Shown here piece after piece: positions 1-7,432 of a stretch of DNA of 46,799 nt (position 1 is its first letter; every line of letters starts with the position of its first letter). The translations under genes were made by a program, and so were the position numbers. This stretch comes from Desulfuromonadales bacterium GWC2_61_20 (GTDB lineage Bacteria > Desulfobacterota > Desulfuromonadia > Desulfuromonadales > UBA2197), in NCBI GenBank assembly GCA_001799485.1, contig MGTO01000124.1, forward strand, positions 1 to 46,799, given 5' to 3'. The notes under the pieces are model-generated. The model saw only the letters and a list, made by a program, of their open reading frames with translations. It did not search any database and was not told the DNA's origin.

Positions 1-2
1 CC

Positions 3-491
3 CTCGGCTTTTCGGCGCTCTGCCTGGTTGCTCTCTTCGTAGTGAGCGGCTGTTGCGGCATGTGCAGGCAGGGACAGACTGGTGCGGCCGCCCCCTGTTG
101 CCTGAAAGGCGCGGCCGCCGCCGCAGCGATGCCGGCCGCCGAAGGGACGCGCAAAGATGTGTTGTACACCTGCAATTGCGGCCCGGATTGCAAGTGCAAC
201 GCGGTCAGCACCCAGCCGGGCAACTGTGCCTGCGGCAAGCCGATGCGCTGGGCACATATCGTCAAGGTCGAAGGGACCGAGGCGCTCCTCTGCACCTGCG
301 CCGAAGGCTGTGCCTGCAAACTCGACCCGAACGATCCGAGCAAATGCGGCTGCGGCGAAGCGGTCAAACGGGTCGACCTGAAGGGATCGGGACTCTTCTT
401 CTGCAACTGCGGCGGCAGCTGTACCTGCAATACGGTCAGCGACAAAGTAGCCGAGTGCGGCTGCGGTATGCCGTTGAAGCAGCACCAGTAA
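3..491 (+). CDS. Cys-rich metallothionein-like lipoprotein (5' end truncated by the window)
   Basis: The frame is open from base 3: LGFSALCLVALFVVSG|C is a hydrophobic stretch with a lipobox-like VSGC. Three repeats of CxC-x3-CxC-x9-CxCG follow. Stop TAA at 489-491. Confidence 0.75.
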   Translation, partial: LGFSALCLVALFVVSGCCGMCRQGQTGAAAPCCLKGAAAAAAMPAAEGTRKDVLYTCNCGPDCKCNAVSTQPGNCACGKPMRWAHIVKVEGTEALLCTCAEGCACKLDPNDPSKCGCGEAVKRVDLKGSGLFFCNCGGSCTCNTVSDKVAECGCGMPLKQHQ

Positions 492-542
492 GAGAGCGAA
501 GCCGGCCCTACGGCATCGCGGCCGGCATTACTGCTCTCCAGC

Positions 543-579
543 CAGCAACAGCCCGCCCCGCGCGGGCTGTTGCTGTTTC
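543..579 (+). terminator. Intrinsic terminator-like hairpin
   Basis: CAGCAACAGCCCGC / GCGGGCTGTTGCTG 14-bp stem followed by TTTC, downstream of the Cys-rich gene. Confidence 0.6.
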
Positions 580-748
580 AACGCCGCCATCCGGGGGAGC
601 GATCTCCCGATGGTGTCAAAGACTGACCTCGGACAGAGAGGGCTTCCTGCCGATTGACCTTGCCAGCATTTCCGCTAGGATTAAGGCAGTGCATCTCCTT
701 TCGCGGAAATCAGCCGCTTGATTGCAACTGAGCAGGGCGAGGTAAGCA

Positions 749-1288
749 ATGTCGACGCGCATCTTTGGGAATCTCTTTTACCACTGGCCGGAAAAGCTGG
801 TCATCATTGCCCTCTCCCTGATGGTCTCCATCACCATCTTCGTCACCCTGGCGCAGGCAGGGCTGGTTCTCTATCAAGCCATCGTCACCGAACAGTCTTT
901 TCTCAACCACAACGCCTTCATCAAGGTCTTTGGCGCCTTCATGACGGTACTCATCGCCATGGAATTCAACCACACGGTCTTCACCGCCATCAGCGGATCC
1001 ACTCCGACGGTCAAGGTCCGCTCTGTCCTCCTCGTCTCCCTCCTGGCCCTGGCGCGCAAGGTCGTTCTCATCGACCTGCAGGACTACGACTATACCTCCC
1101 TCATCGCCCTGGCGATCCTCATCGCCGGGGTCACCCTGGCCTACTGGGTCGTGGCGCGTTTCGAGCCGCCTCCGGAGAATCTGCAACCTGTGGTCGAGCG
1201 CCTCCGCGCCCTCTTCTCGGAAAACGTGGAGAAGAAGCCGGAAGAAGAAAATCACAAAACCATGCCATTGGGGACACCCCCATCCTGA
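749..1288 (+). CDS. Phosphate-starvation-inducible PsiE-family membrane protein
   Basis: Four hydrophobic segments and the pattern 'MEFNHTV...VKVRSVLLVSLLALARKVVLID' typical of the PsiE family. Candidate promoter TTGACC-16-TAGGAT at 654-681. Confidence 0.75.
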   Translation: MSTRIFGNLFYHWPEKLVIIALSLMVSITIFVTLAQAGLVLYQAIVTEQSFLNHNAFIKVFGAFMTVLIAMEFNHTVFTAISGSTPTVKVRSVLLVSLLALARKVVLIDLQDYDYTSLIALAILIAGVTLAYWVVARFEPPPENLQPVVERLRALFSENVEKKPEEENHKTMPLGTPPS

Positions 1289-1389
1289 CAACCACCATTC
1301 CCTGACGTACGGGTCGGCACCTCATCCGACCTGCACTTAGCAGAATTTTCAAGCCAGGATAGTTTTGACAGAACGAAAAGGAGAAAGTG

Positions 1390-1896
1390 ATGGGATCGAG
1401 AGCACGGGAAATCCTCGGCATGGATGTGGACAAACTCATCGAACTGCTGCGCCGGGCCTACTGCGACGAGTGGCTCGCCTACCACCAGTACTGGCTCGGC
1501 GCCAAACTGGTGAAGGGGCCGATGAAGGATGCCGTCGGCGCCGAACTGCTGCAACATGCCACCGAGGAGTTGCTGCACGCCGACATGGTGACACTGCGCA
1601 TCATCCAGCTCGGCGGGACCCCGCCGACCAAGCCGTCGGAGTGGTATACCCTGACCAATTGCGGCTACGACGCCCCCGACGACCCCTTCGTCAAGACCCT
1701 GCTGGAGCAGAACATCAAGGGGGAACGCTGCGCCATCAACACCTACAAGGAGTTGCTCGATATCACCAAGGACAAGGACCCGATTACTTACAATACGGTC
1801 TTGCAGATTCTGCAGCAGGAGCTTGAGCATGAAGAGGACTTGCAGGCCTTGCTGGAGGACTACGAGTTGATGATGGCGGCGTTCCGCCAAGGCTGA
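1390..1896 (+). CDS. DPS-like (DPSL/thioferritin-type) ferritin-like protein
   Basis: DEWLAYHQY, EELLHAD, RIIQLGGTP and ELEHEEDL diiron ligand motifs. Cys pair (TNCGY, GERCAI). AGGAG RBS. Confidence 0.85.
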   Translation: MGSRAREILGMDVDKLIELLRRAYCDEWLAYHQYWLGAKLVKGPMKDAVGAELLQHATEELLHADMVTLRIIQLGGTPPTKPSEWYTLTNCGYDAPDDPFVKTLLEQNIKGERCAINTYKELLDITKDKDPITYNTVLQILQQELEHEEDLQALLEDYELMMAAFRQG

Positions 1897-1937
1897 CCGC
1901 ATCCGTGCCAAAACCCCGCAGCAACCTCCTTCTCGCG

Positions 1938-1946
1938 TGCTATGAT
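1938..1946 (+). promoter_or_regulatory. Extended -10 promoter element for the small ORF
   Basis: TGcTATGAT about 33 nt upstream of ATG 1979. Confidence 0.5.
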
Positions 1947-1978
1947 GTTACTGAGAGCCAACAAAAGGAGGTACCGTC

Positions 1979-2158
1979 ATGAAAGGGACGAAAAGGACAC
2001 AAATGCGACCGCCACGGCCGCAAATCAAAGAGATGAAGCACATGCCGAGCGATCGTGTCCATCACGAACTGCTGGTCCGGCGCAGCACCAACCACAATGT
2101 GCACGTCATCACGGCGCACGGCAACGTGCATCTCGGTCGCAAGGGGCGCAGCAGTTGA
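1979..2158 (+). CDS. Small basic His-rich protein (59 aa; absent from the ORF track)
   Basis: AAAAGGAGGT RBS, then MKGTKRTQMRPPRPQIKEMKHMPSDRVHHELLVRRSTNHNVHVITAHGNVHLGRKGRSS*. It has its own promoter and terminator. Confidence 0.65.
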   Translation: MKGTKRTQMRPPRPQIKEMKHMPSDRVHHELLVRRSTNHNVHVITAHGNVHLGRKGRSS

Positions 2159-2225
2159 TTCGGCTTTCCGGCAATCGGCGCGGAAGATGGCGTGAGCCTC
2201 CAGGAAATGCAGTTGTTGCCTCTTC

Positions 2226-2250
2226 AGCCCGCCTCGCGCGGGCTTTTTTC
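2226..2250 (+). terminator. Intrinsic terminator
   Basis: AGCCCGC-ctcgc-GCGGGCT followed by a T run. Confidence 0.75.
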
Positions 2251-2305
2251 TGTTCCGCGCCCAAAGCTGCCCAGTGCGGCTGTCGTCTCTCTCCACCCCG
2301 CTCCA

Positions 2306-2334
2306 TTGACCGTACGGTCATCCTCGGCTATCCT
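2306..2334 (+). promoter_or_regulatory. Sigma70-like promoter overlapped by a perfect palindromic operator
   Basis: TTGACC-17-TATCCT. The palindrome TGACCGTACGGTCA (2307-2320) covers the -35 element. Confidence 0.55.
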
Positions 2335-2369
2335 TGCAGCCACCCCCCTCGCCATGACAAGGGAACTCT

Positions 2370-2726
2370 ATGACTACCCACCGCCCGCCCAGGCTCCCCG
2401 AGAAGCGAAAATCTCCTCGTGTCGACAAGCTTTACTTGATCGCCTATGTCCCCCAGAACGACGGCCCGCAAAAGACGCAAATCTCGCTGGGACGCACCCT
2501 GAATATCAGCCCGTCCGGGGTTGCGATGGAAATATACCGCGAGATCCCCTTGGGGACAGCCCTCGAACTGGAGATCGACTTCGACGATGTGACGGTTTCG
2601 GCCTGGGGCAAGGTCATCAGAAGCGACGACCTCGGCGGCGGGGACTTTACTGTCGCCATCAAATTCGATGAGCAGCAGGTACAGATGTCGGCGCGACTTG
2701 CGGCGCTGTTGCAGCAGGAGCCATAG
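2370..2726 (+). CDS. PilZ-domain (c-di-GMP receptor) protein
   Basis: RKSPR (RxxxR) and NISPSG (D/NxSxxG) motifs, followed by a beta-barrel pattern. Confidence 0.85.
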   Translation: MTTHRPPRLPEKRKSPRVDKLYLIAYVPQNDGPQKTQISLGRTLNISPSGVAMEIYREIPLGTALELEIDFDDVTVSAWGKVIRSDDLGGGDFTVAIKFDEQQVQMSARLAALLQQEP

Positions 2727-2746
2727 GCCCTGGCACCCCTCTTTTC

Positions 2747-2786
2747 GACACAAAAAAGCCTGCTGATTAGCAGGCTTTTTTGTGTC
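2747..2786. terminator. Bidirectional intrinsic terminator
   Basis: GACACAAAAAAGCCTGCT-gatt-AGCAGGCTTTTTTGTGTC between convergent genes. Confidence 0.85.
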
Positions 2787-2800
2787 ATCGGGACCTCGGA

Positions 2801-4426
2801 TCACAGCACGGCACTGAGCCCCGAATCGCGCTGATACAGATCGGGGCGAAACTGGACCTCCCCGTTGTCTTCGATCCAGGCTGTCCAGTAGACGATGTGG
2901 ATCGGCCTCGGCTCCGGCAGATGAACGATGCGGCCGCCGCCTTCGTCGAGGGCTGCCGTGAGCGCCGCAACGCTGGCGTAGGAGGTGCCGGCGAGCAGCC
3001 GCAGGGCGAGTTCGCGCGGCTTAGCGACACGAATACAGCCGGAGCTGAATGCCGGAGTTGTCGCGGAGAAAAGGGATCGGGACGGAGTATCGTGCAGGTA
3101 GATACGCTCGTCATTGGGGACGATGAATTTGAGCCGGCCGAGGGCATTGTGTGGGCCAGGCTCCTGGACCAGATGATAGGGAAAGTTCTCCCGCCCCAGA
3201 GACGACCAATCGATGGAGGCGGGGTCGAGTTCGTCCCCGTTCCGGTGCCCGGCAGCATAGACGTGAAAACCGCGACGGATCAGGTAGCTGGCATCCGCTT
3301 GCGCAAGGGGCAGGAGATCGGCGACGGCGATACTATGGGGCACATCCCATTGCGGATTGAGTACGACGGCGGTAATCGTGCTGGAAAAGTTCGGGGTCTG
3401 CCGGGCCTGGCGGCCGACAATGACCCGCATCGCCAAGGTAACGCGCTTCTTATCCCAGAGTTGCAAGGTAAAGCCGGGGATGTTGACGAGGAGGGCGCGC
3501 TCGGAGAAATTGCGCGACAGCCAGCGACGGCGTTCGAGATTGAGGGCCAGCTGCCTGGCGCGAGCAGACGCCGGGACATTGAGCGCCGCCCGAGTTTTCG
3601 CCCCGACGACACCATTGACGGCGAGCCCGTAACGGCGCTGGAAAGTGCGGACCGCAGCCTCCAGCTGCGCGTCGAAGCACTCGCCATTGAGCGCTACGGC
3701 GGGCAGCTCCCCTTCACTGGCCAGACGCTGGCGCAGAAGGGAGACGCTCCGCCCGGTACTCCCCCGGCGGAGCACGGGCTGGTCAGGAATTCGTGGCCAG
3801 CCGCCGTTTTCCGCAATCTTTTGGTAACGCTGCCAGGCCGCGCGCAGGGCCGCATAGTCGGGATGGGTGGGGAGCAGACTCTGGAGCGTGGTCCGCACCT
3901 GGCCACCGACCAGAGCCCGATCGAGGAGCTGTGCCAGCTCGCGCGGAGCTTCGGGTGACGGCTCGCGTCCATGGGCATGCGCAGGGGCTGAGCGGCCATG
4001 GTGAAAGTCGCAGGCGAGTTGAAAAAAGGCATCACTGAGGAGCAATTCTAGATCGTTCGCCAATTCACCGACGGGGGTCAAAAGATAACGACGGCGCAAG
4101 ACATCAAGGGCCGCAGCATGATAGTGACGCGGCTCGAGTCCCTCTTCCGCCGCGGCAGCGATCACGTCGAGAAGTTCCACCGCCCCCGGACGCAGGTATG
4201 AACCGATGGTCCAGACGGGTTGATAGGCGTGCCCTTCGTAAAAGGCGACCAGCGCAGGAGTCTGATAAAGCGGCTCGGCGGCAACCTCCATCCGCAGGGG
4301 CGCACCGACCCCTTGCAGCCGTTGTTGCAGACCGGAGCCGAGATCGAGGGCGTGCGTTGTCTGCGGCCAGGACCCGAGCAAGGCGAGAACGAGCCAACTT
4401 CGGAGCAAGTCGTTGCGTGTGACCAT
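2801..4426 (-). CDS. L,D-transpeptidase, YcbB/LdtD type, with peptidoglycan-binding domain
   Basis: Signal peptide, scaffold domain, PG-binding motif 'AVRTFQRRYGLAVNGVVG', catalytic 'IYLHDTP...FSSGCIRV'. Confidence 0.9.
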   Translation of the reverse strand: MVTRNDLLRSWLVLALLGSWPQTTHALDLGSGLQQRLQGVGAPLRMEVAAEPLYQTPALVAFYEGHAYQPVWTIGSYLRPGAVELLDVIAAAAEEGLEPRHYHAAALDVLRRRYLLTPVGELANDLELLLSDAFFQLACDFHHGRSAPAHAHGREPSPEAPRELAQLLDRALVGGQVRTTLQSLLPTHPDYAALRAAWQRYQKIAENGGWPRIPDQPVLRRGSTGRSVSLLRQRLASEGELPAVALNGECFDAQLEAAVRTFQRRYGLAVNGVVGAKTRAALNVPASARARQLALNLERRRWLSRNFSERALLVNIPGFTLQLWDKKRVTLAMRVIVGRQARQTPNFSSTITAVVLNPQWDVPHSIAVADLLPLAQADASYLIRRGFHVYAAGHRNGDELDPASIDWSSLGRENFPYHLVQEPGPHNALGRLKFIVPNDERIYLHDTPSRSLFSATTPAFSSGCIRVAKPRELALRLLAGTSYASVAALTAALDEGGGRIVHLPEPRPIHIVYWTAWIEDNGEVQFRPDLYQRDSGLSAVL

Positions 4427-4540
4427 ACCACCCGTATCGAATCGAGGGAAAAAGATGTGAAGACTGTGCCGGCACCTGGGAACAGCCTCTCATCCTCTTC
4501 CCCCGCTGTCAAAGATTTTCCCCATAGTTGCAACCAACGA

Positions 4541-4569
4541 TTGACCTTGAGCCCGGCTTGTTCTAATCT
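4541..4569 (+). promoter_or_regulatory. Putative sigma70 promoter for corA
   Basis: TTGACC-17-TAATCT, implying a leader of about 100 nt. Confidence 0.5.
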
Positions 4570-4678
4570 GATGCCGGTTTTCCTCTGCCTGGAATGCGGT
4601 CCGGCACTTCTCGCCGCCGCCTGCGACAAGGAGCCCTTCCCGGTCGATCCAAGTCAGGGACAGCGAGGGGATGGCATC

Positions 4679-5641
4679 ATGCTGCGAGTCTTCAACTTTC
4701 AGGGCAACAAGGTCGCCGAGATTCATATCGAGGCTGAAAACCTGGCCAGAACCATCGCCGCCGCCGGATGGATCGATGTCCTCGATCCGACGGAAGAGGA
4801 GCGTGACGAGCTCGAGCAATATCTGCGGACCGAGCTTCCCGAGTCTGACGATGTCGAAGAGATCGAATCGTCGGCCCGCTACTTTATCGACAGCGCCGGG
4901 ATGCACGTCCACTCCCTCTTTCTCGGCCAGTCCGAGGGGCGCCACACCACCGTCACTGTTGCCTTCATCCTGCAGCCTGACCGGCTTATCTCCCTGCGCG
5001 AAGAAGACTCCCCCGACTTTCGTCTTTTGCGCATGCGCGCCCGCCGCGGCCAGATCGAGGCGGGGAATCCCCTCGATTTTCTCCTTTCCATCTTCGAGCA
5101 CAAGGTCGAGAATCTGGCCGACACCCTCGAAGATATCCATCGCGAACTGGAAAAGGTCAGCGAGATGGTTCTGGAGGAAGCTCAGGCGGCCGAGGGACAT
5201 CTCGAAGAGGCCATCGGCGAGTTGGCCCGTCTGGAAAACAGTAACGGGAAAGTCCGCCTCTGCCTCATGGACACCCAACGTTCCATCTCCTTTTTGCAGA
5301 AACATCAGCGTTACCCGGCGGAACACTTCGCCACCGCCCACGATATCATGCGCGACGTCGAAACCCTCCTCTCCCACACCACTTTCCTCTTTGAGAAGAT
5401 CAACTTCCTCATGGATACGGCCCAAGGTTTTATCAACATCGAACAGAATCAGGTCATCAAGATCTTTTCCATCGCCGCCGTCGTTTTTCTGCCGCCGACC
5501 ATGGTCGCCAGTATCTATGGCATGAACTTCCAGTTCTTCCCCGAACTCGGCTGGCGCTATGGCTATCTCTGGGCCCTGGCGGTGATGGTCGTCTCGGGAA
5601 TTGCCCCCTATTGGTATTTCAAGCGCAAGGGATGGTTGTAA
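4679..5641 (+). CDS. corA: Magnesium/cobalt transporter CorA
   Basis: IEsSARYF, FLPPT, the YGMNF signature and two C-terminal TM helices. Start placed at MLRVF after GAGGGG. Confidence 0.93.
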   Translation: MLRVFNFQGNKVAEIHIEAENLARTIAAAGWIDVLDPTEEERDELEQYLRTELPESDDVEEIESSARYFIDSAGMHVHSLFLGQSEGRHTTVTVAFILQPDRLISLREEDSPDFRLLRMRARRGQIEAGNPLDFLLSIFEHKVENLADTLEDIHRELEKVSEMVLEEAQAAEGHLEEAIGELARLENSNGKVRLCLMDTQRSISFLQKHQRYPAEHFATAHDIMRDVETLLSHTTFLFEKINFLMDTAQGFINIEQNQVIKIFSIAAVVFLPPTMVASIYGMNFQFFPELGWRYGYLWALAVMVVSGIAPYWYFKRKGWL

Positions 5642-5669
5642 CCGCCACCTTCCCCACCTCAATTCAAAG

Positions 5670-5701
5670 CGCAAAGAGCCCGCATTCGCGGGCTCTTTGC
5701 G
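5670..5701. terminator. Hairpin terminator between convergent genes
   Basis: CGCAAAGAGCCCGC-attc-GCGGGCTCTTTGCG. Confidence 0.75.
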
Positions 5702-5717
5702 TATAACGGCGGTCTCG

Positions 5718-5918
5718 TCAATGCAGCCCCGGCGTGGCGCAGAAAAGACAGATCGGCTGCAACTCGTAGAGGCGGCTCTCGACATTGTAAACCGAGCGCA
5801 CCTGCAGATGCGCCGGGCAGGTGATCTTGAAGCAGACGGCGCAGGCCTGGCCCTCACCAAGGGTCGAGCGGGCATCGCAGACGTGACAAATCCACGGGCT
5901 GTTGGCGTCTTCACTCAT
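5718..5918 (-). CDS. Small binuclear Zn-finger protein (66 aa)
   Basis: C-x2-C-x11-C-x2-C-x4-C-x2-H-x19-C-x2-C. GGAAG upstream. It fills the gap between the lipoprotein gene and the terminator. Confidence 0.7.
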   Translation of the reverse strand: MSEDANSPWICHVCDARSTLGEGQACAVCFKITCPAHLQVRSVYNVESRLYELQPICLFCATPGLH

Positions 5919-5966
5919 GGCGTGCTTCCGGCAGGGTTTCGTCGCTTGTGAGGCGGCCCCTTTCGC

Positions 5967-7124
5967 CTACTGGTACTGGATATACAGGGGTTGGGGATTG
6001 AGTCGAAGCAGGTCTGCCGGCGCCATCAATGGATCCCCCTTCTTGGTGTCATTATGATAGAAGATCTTGAAACCGGTATATTGCACCGGTTCGGCGACCA
6101 CGTAATCCCGGTACGAGGTACGCTTCAACCACGACCCGCCCCAGCCATCCATGTGCATGACCACCTGCACCTCGGGACGCAACACGATCTTGCGGGCATT
6201 GGTGACACCATTCTGGGTAAAACGATGGACCGTCAACACTTTCGGCGGCAGCTTGTATTTCTGCACCAGACCCTGCAGGAATTCGGTGACGAAATTGATT
6301 TCAGCCGCATCGTAAGTACCGATTTTGGTTCCGGGGACGACGAGGCTGGTCACCAGATTGAACTCGGGATCGATGCCGAGATGAACATCGGGGTTTTTCA
6401 GGATCCACTCGAAACGGGGGAGGAGGGTGCGGATGTCCTCATGTCCAGTCTGGATATCGAGAAAGAGGAGGGCCTTTTCTTCCTTGGCCCAGGCATAGAC
6501 CATATTGACCATGTCATCATCCATGATCTTACGGTATTTACCCGATTTCCCGGGGATGTCCTGCGCCACCACGGCAACGAGGTGCAGGGCCGGTTGCACC
6601 GGCAGCTTCGGATCGGCCTTCTCCCACTCGTTTACTTCCTCCTTGAGGCGCTTGAGCATCTCCTCCTTGGGGTACTGGCCGAGAGCACCCATGCGCCGCG
6701 ACATGGGATTGCCGTAATAGGCGACGATGCGCTTGGCCGGGAGAATTGCTCCCGGCAGCGGTTCCGAGCAAGCAACCGGCCAGCCGCACTTGCGCGCGAA
6801 CTCGGGATCCTCGCCGGCTAGCCGGCCCGACTTCGCCGCCACCGGCTTGACCGCAGCCGCCGGGACCGCAGACGGAACCGCCGCCGCTTCGGGGCCGACG
6901 CCGGGCGCCACCGGCGAAGTCGGCGCCGGCGGCACAACGACTGCGGCTGGCACCGGCAGCTCCGGCGGCAAGGTCGGCGGGTTTTCGATCTTAACGCTTG
7001 GCAGGGGGGGGTCGGCGATCGCGCGCGGGGCTGCAGGCTTGTCCGCCCAGCAGCCGGCAAGAAAGAAAGTAAGACTGATAAGGAAAAGGACCCGGGGACG
7101 AGAAGGCAAGGAAAGGGATAGCAC
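5967..7124 (-). CDS. Lipoprotein with Pro/Ala-rich linker and conserved C-terminal alpha/beta domain of unknown function
   Basis: Lipobox FLAGC, a Pro/Ala/Val-rich stretch, then 'IVAYYGNP...LDIQTG...HLGIDPEF...MDGWG...GFKIFY'. Start GTG 7124 follows AAGGA; the exact start is uncertain. Confidence 0.7.
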   Translation of the reverse strand: MLSLSLPSRPRVLFLISLTFFLAGCWADKPAAPRAIADPPLPSVKIENPPTLPPELPVPAAVVVPPAPTSPVAPGVGPEAAAVPSAVPAAAVKPVAAKSGRLAGEDPEFARKCGWPVACSEPLPGAILPAKRIVAYYGNPMSRRMGALGQYPKEEMLKRLKEEVNEWEKADPKLPVQPALHLVAVVAQDIPGKSGKYRKIMDDDMVNMVYAWAKEEKALLFLDIQTGHEDIRTLLPRFEWILKNPDVHLGIDPEFNLVTSLVVPGTKIGTYDAAEINFVTEFLQGLVQKYKLPPKVLTVHRFTQNGVTNARKIVLRPEVQVVMHMDGWGGSWLKRTSYRDYVVAEPVQYTGFKIFYHNDTKKGDPLMAPADLLRLNPQPLYIQYQ

Positions 7125-7432
7125 TGATTCATCCTTCTGGGAATTATGGCGGCAACCGGTTGCCCGGCGGGATTGAAGCATCATCTTTTTTTGGCGATTG
7201 ATAATGCAAATCGCGACACTCCGCAAGCTTTTTCTTCACTTGCGAAAAAATACTGTAACTTACTGATCCTTCGTCTTTCTCACCCTGTTCTTTTCCTCCC
7301 GCGAGGGGATCTCGGCTTAAACATCGGAAGGGAACGGGGCATAGCCGTAATTTCTGTTGTGTACGACCTGCGGAAGGTTGTAAAATCGCCAACGTACGTG
7401 AAATGACTTCCACCACGACAAGGAGCGCGCGC

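Noticed and set aside
1979-2158. Assigning the small basic ORF as ArfA or a ribosomal protein
   Set aside because: Only a vague GRKGRS resemblance; it lacks the KGKGSY-type motif and any recognisable ribosomal protein signature.
4220-4678. Long N-terminal extension of CorA
   Set aside because: It overlaps the divergent L,D-transpeptidase gene and the predicted promoter. CorA similarity starts at 4679.
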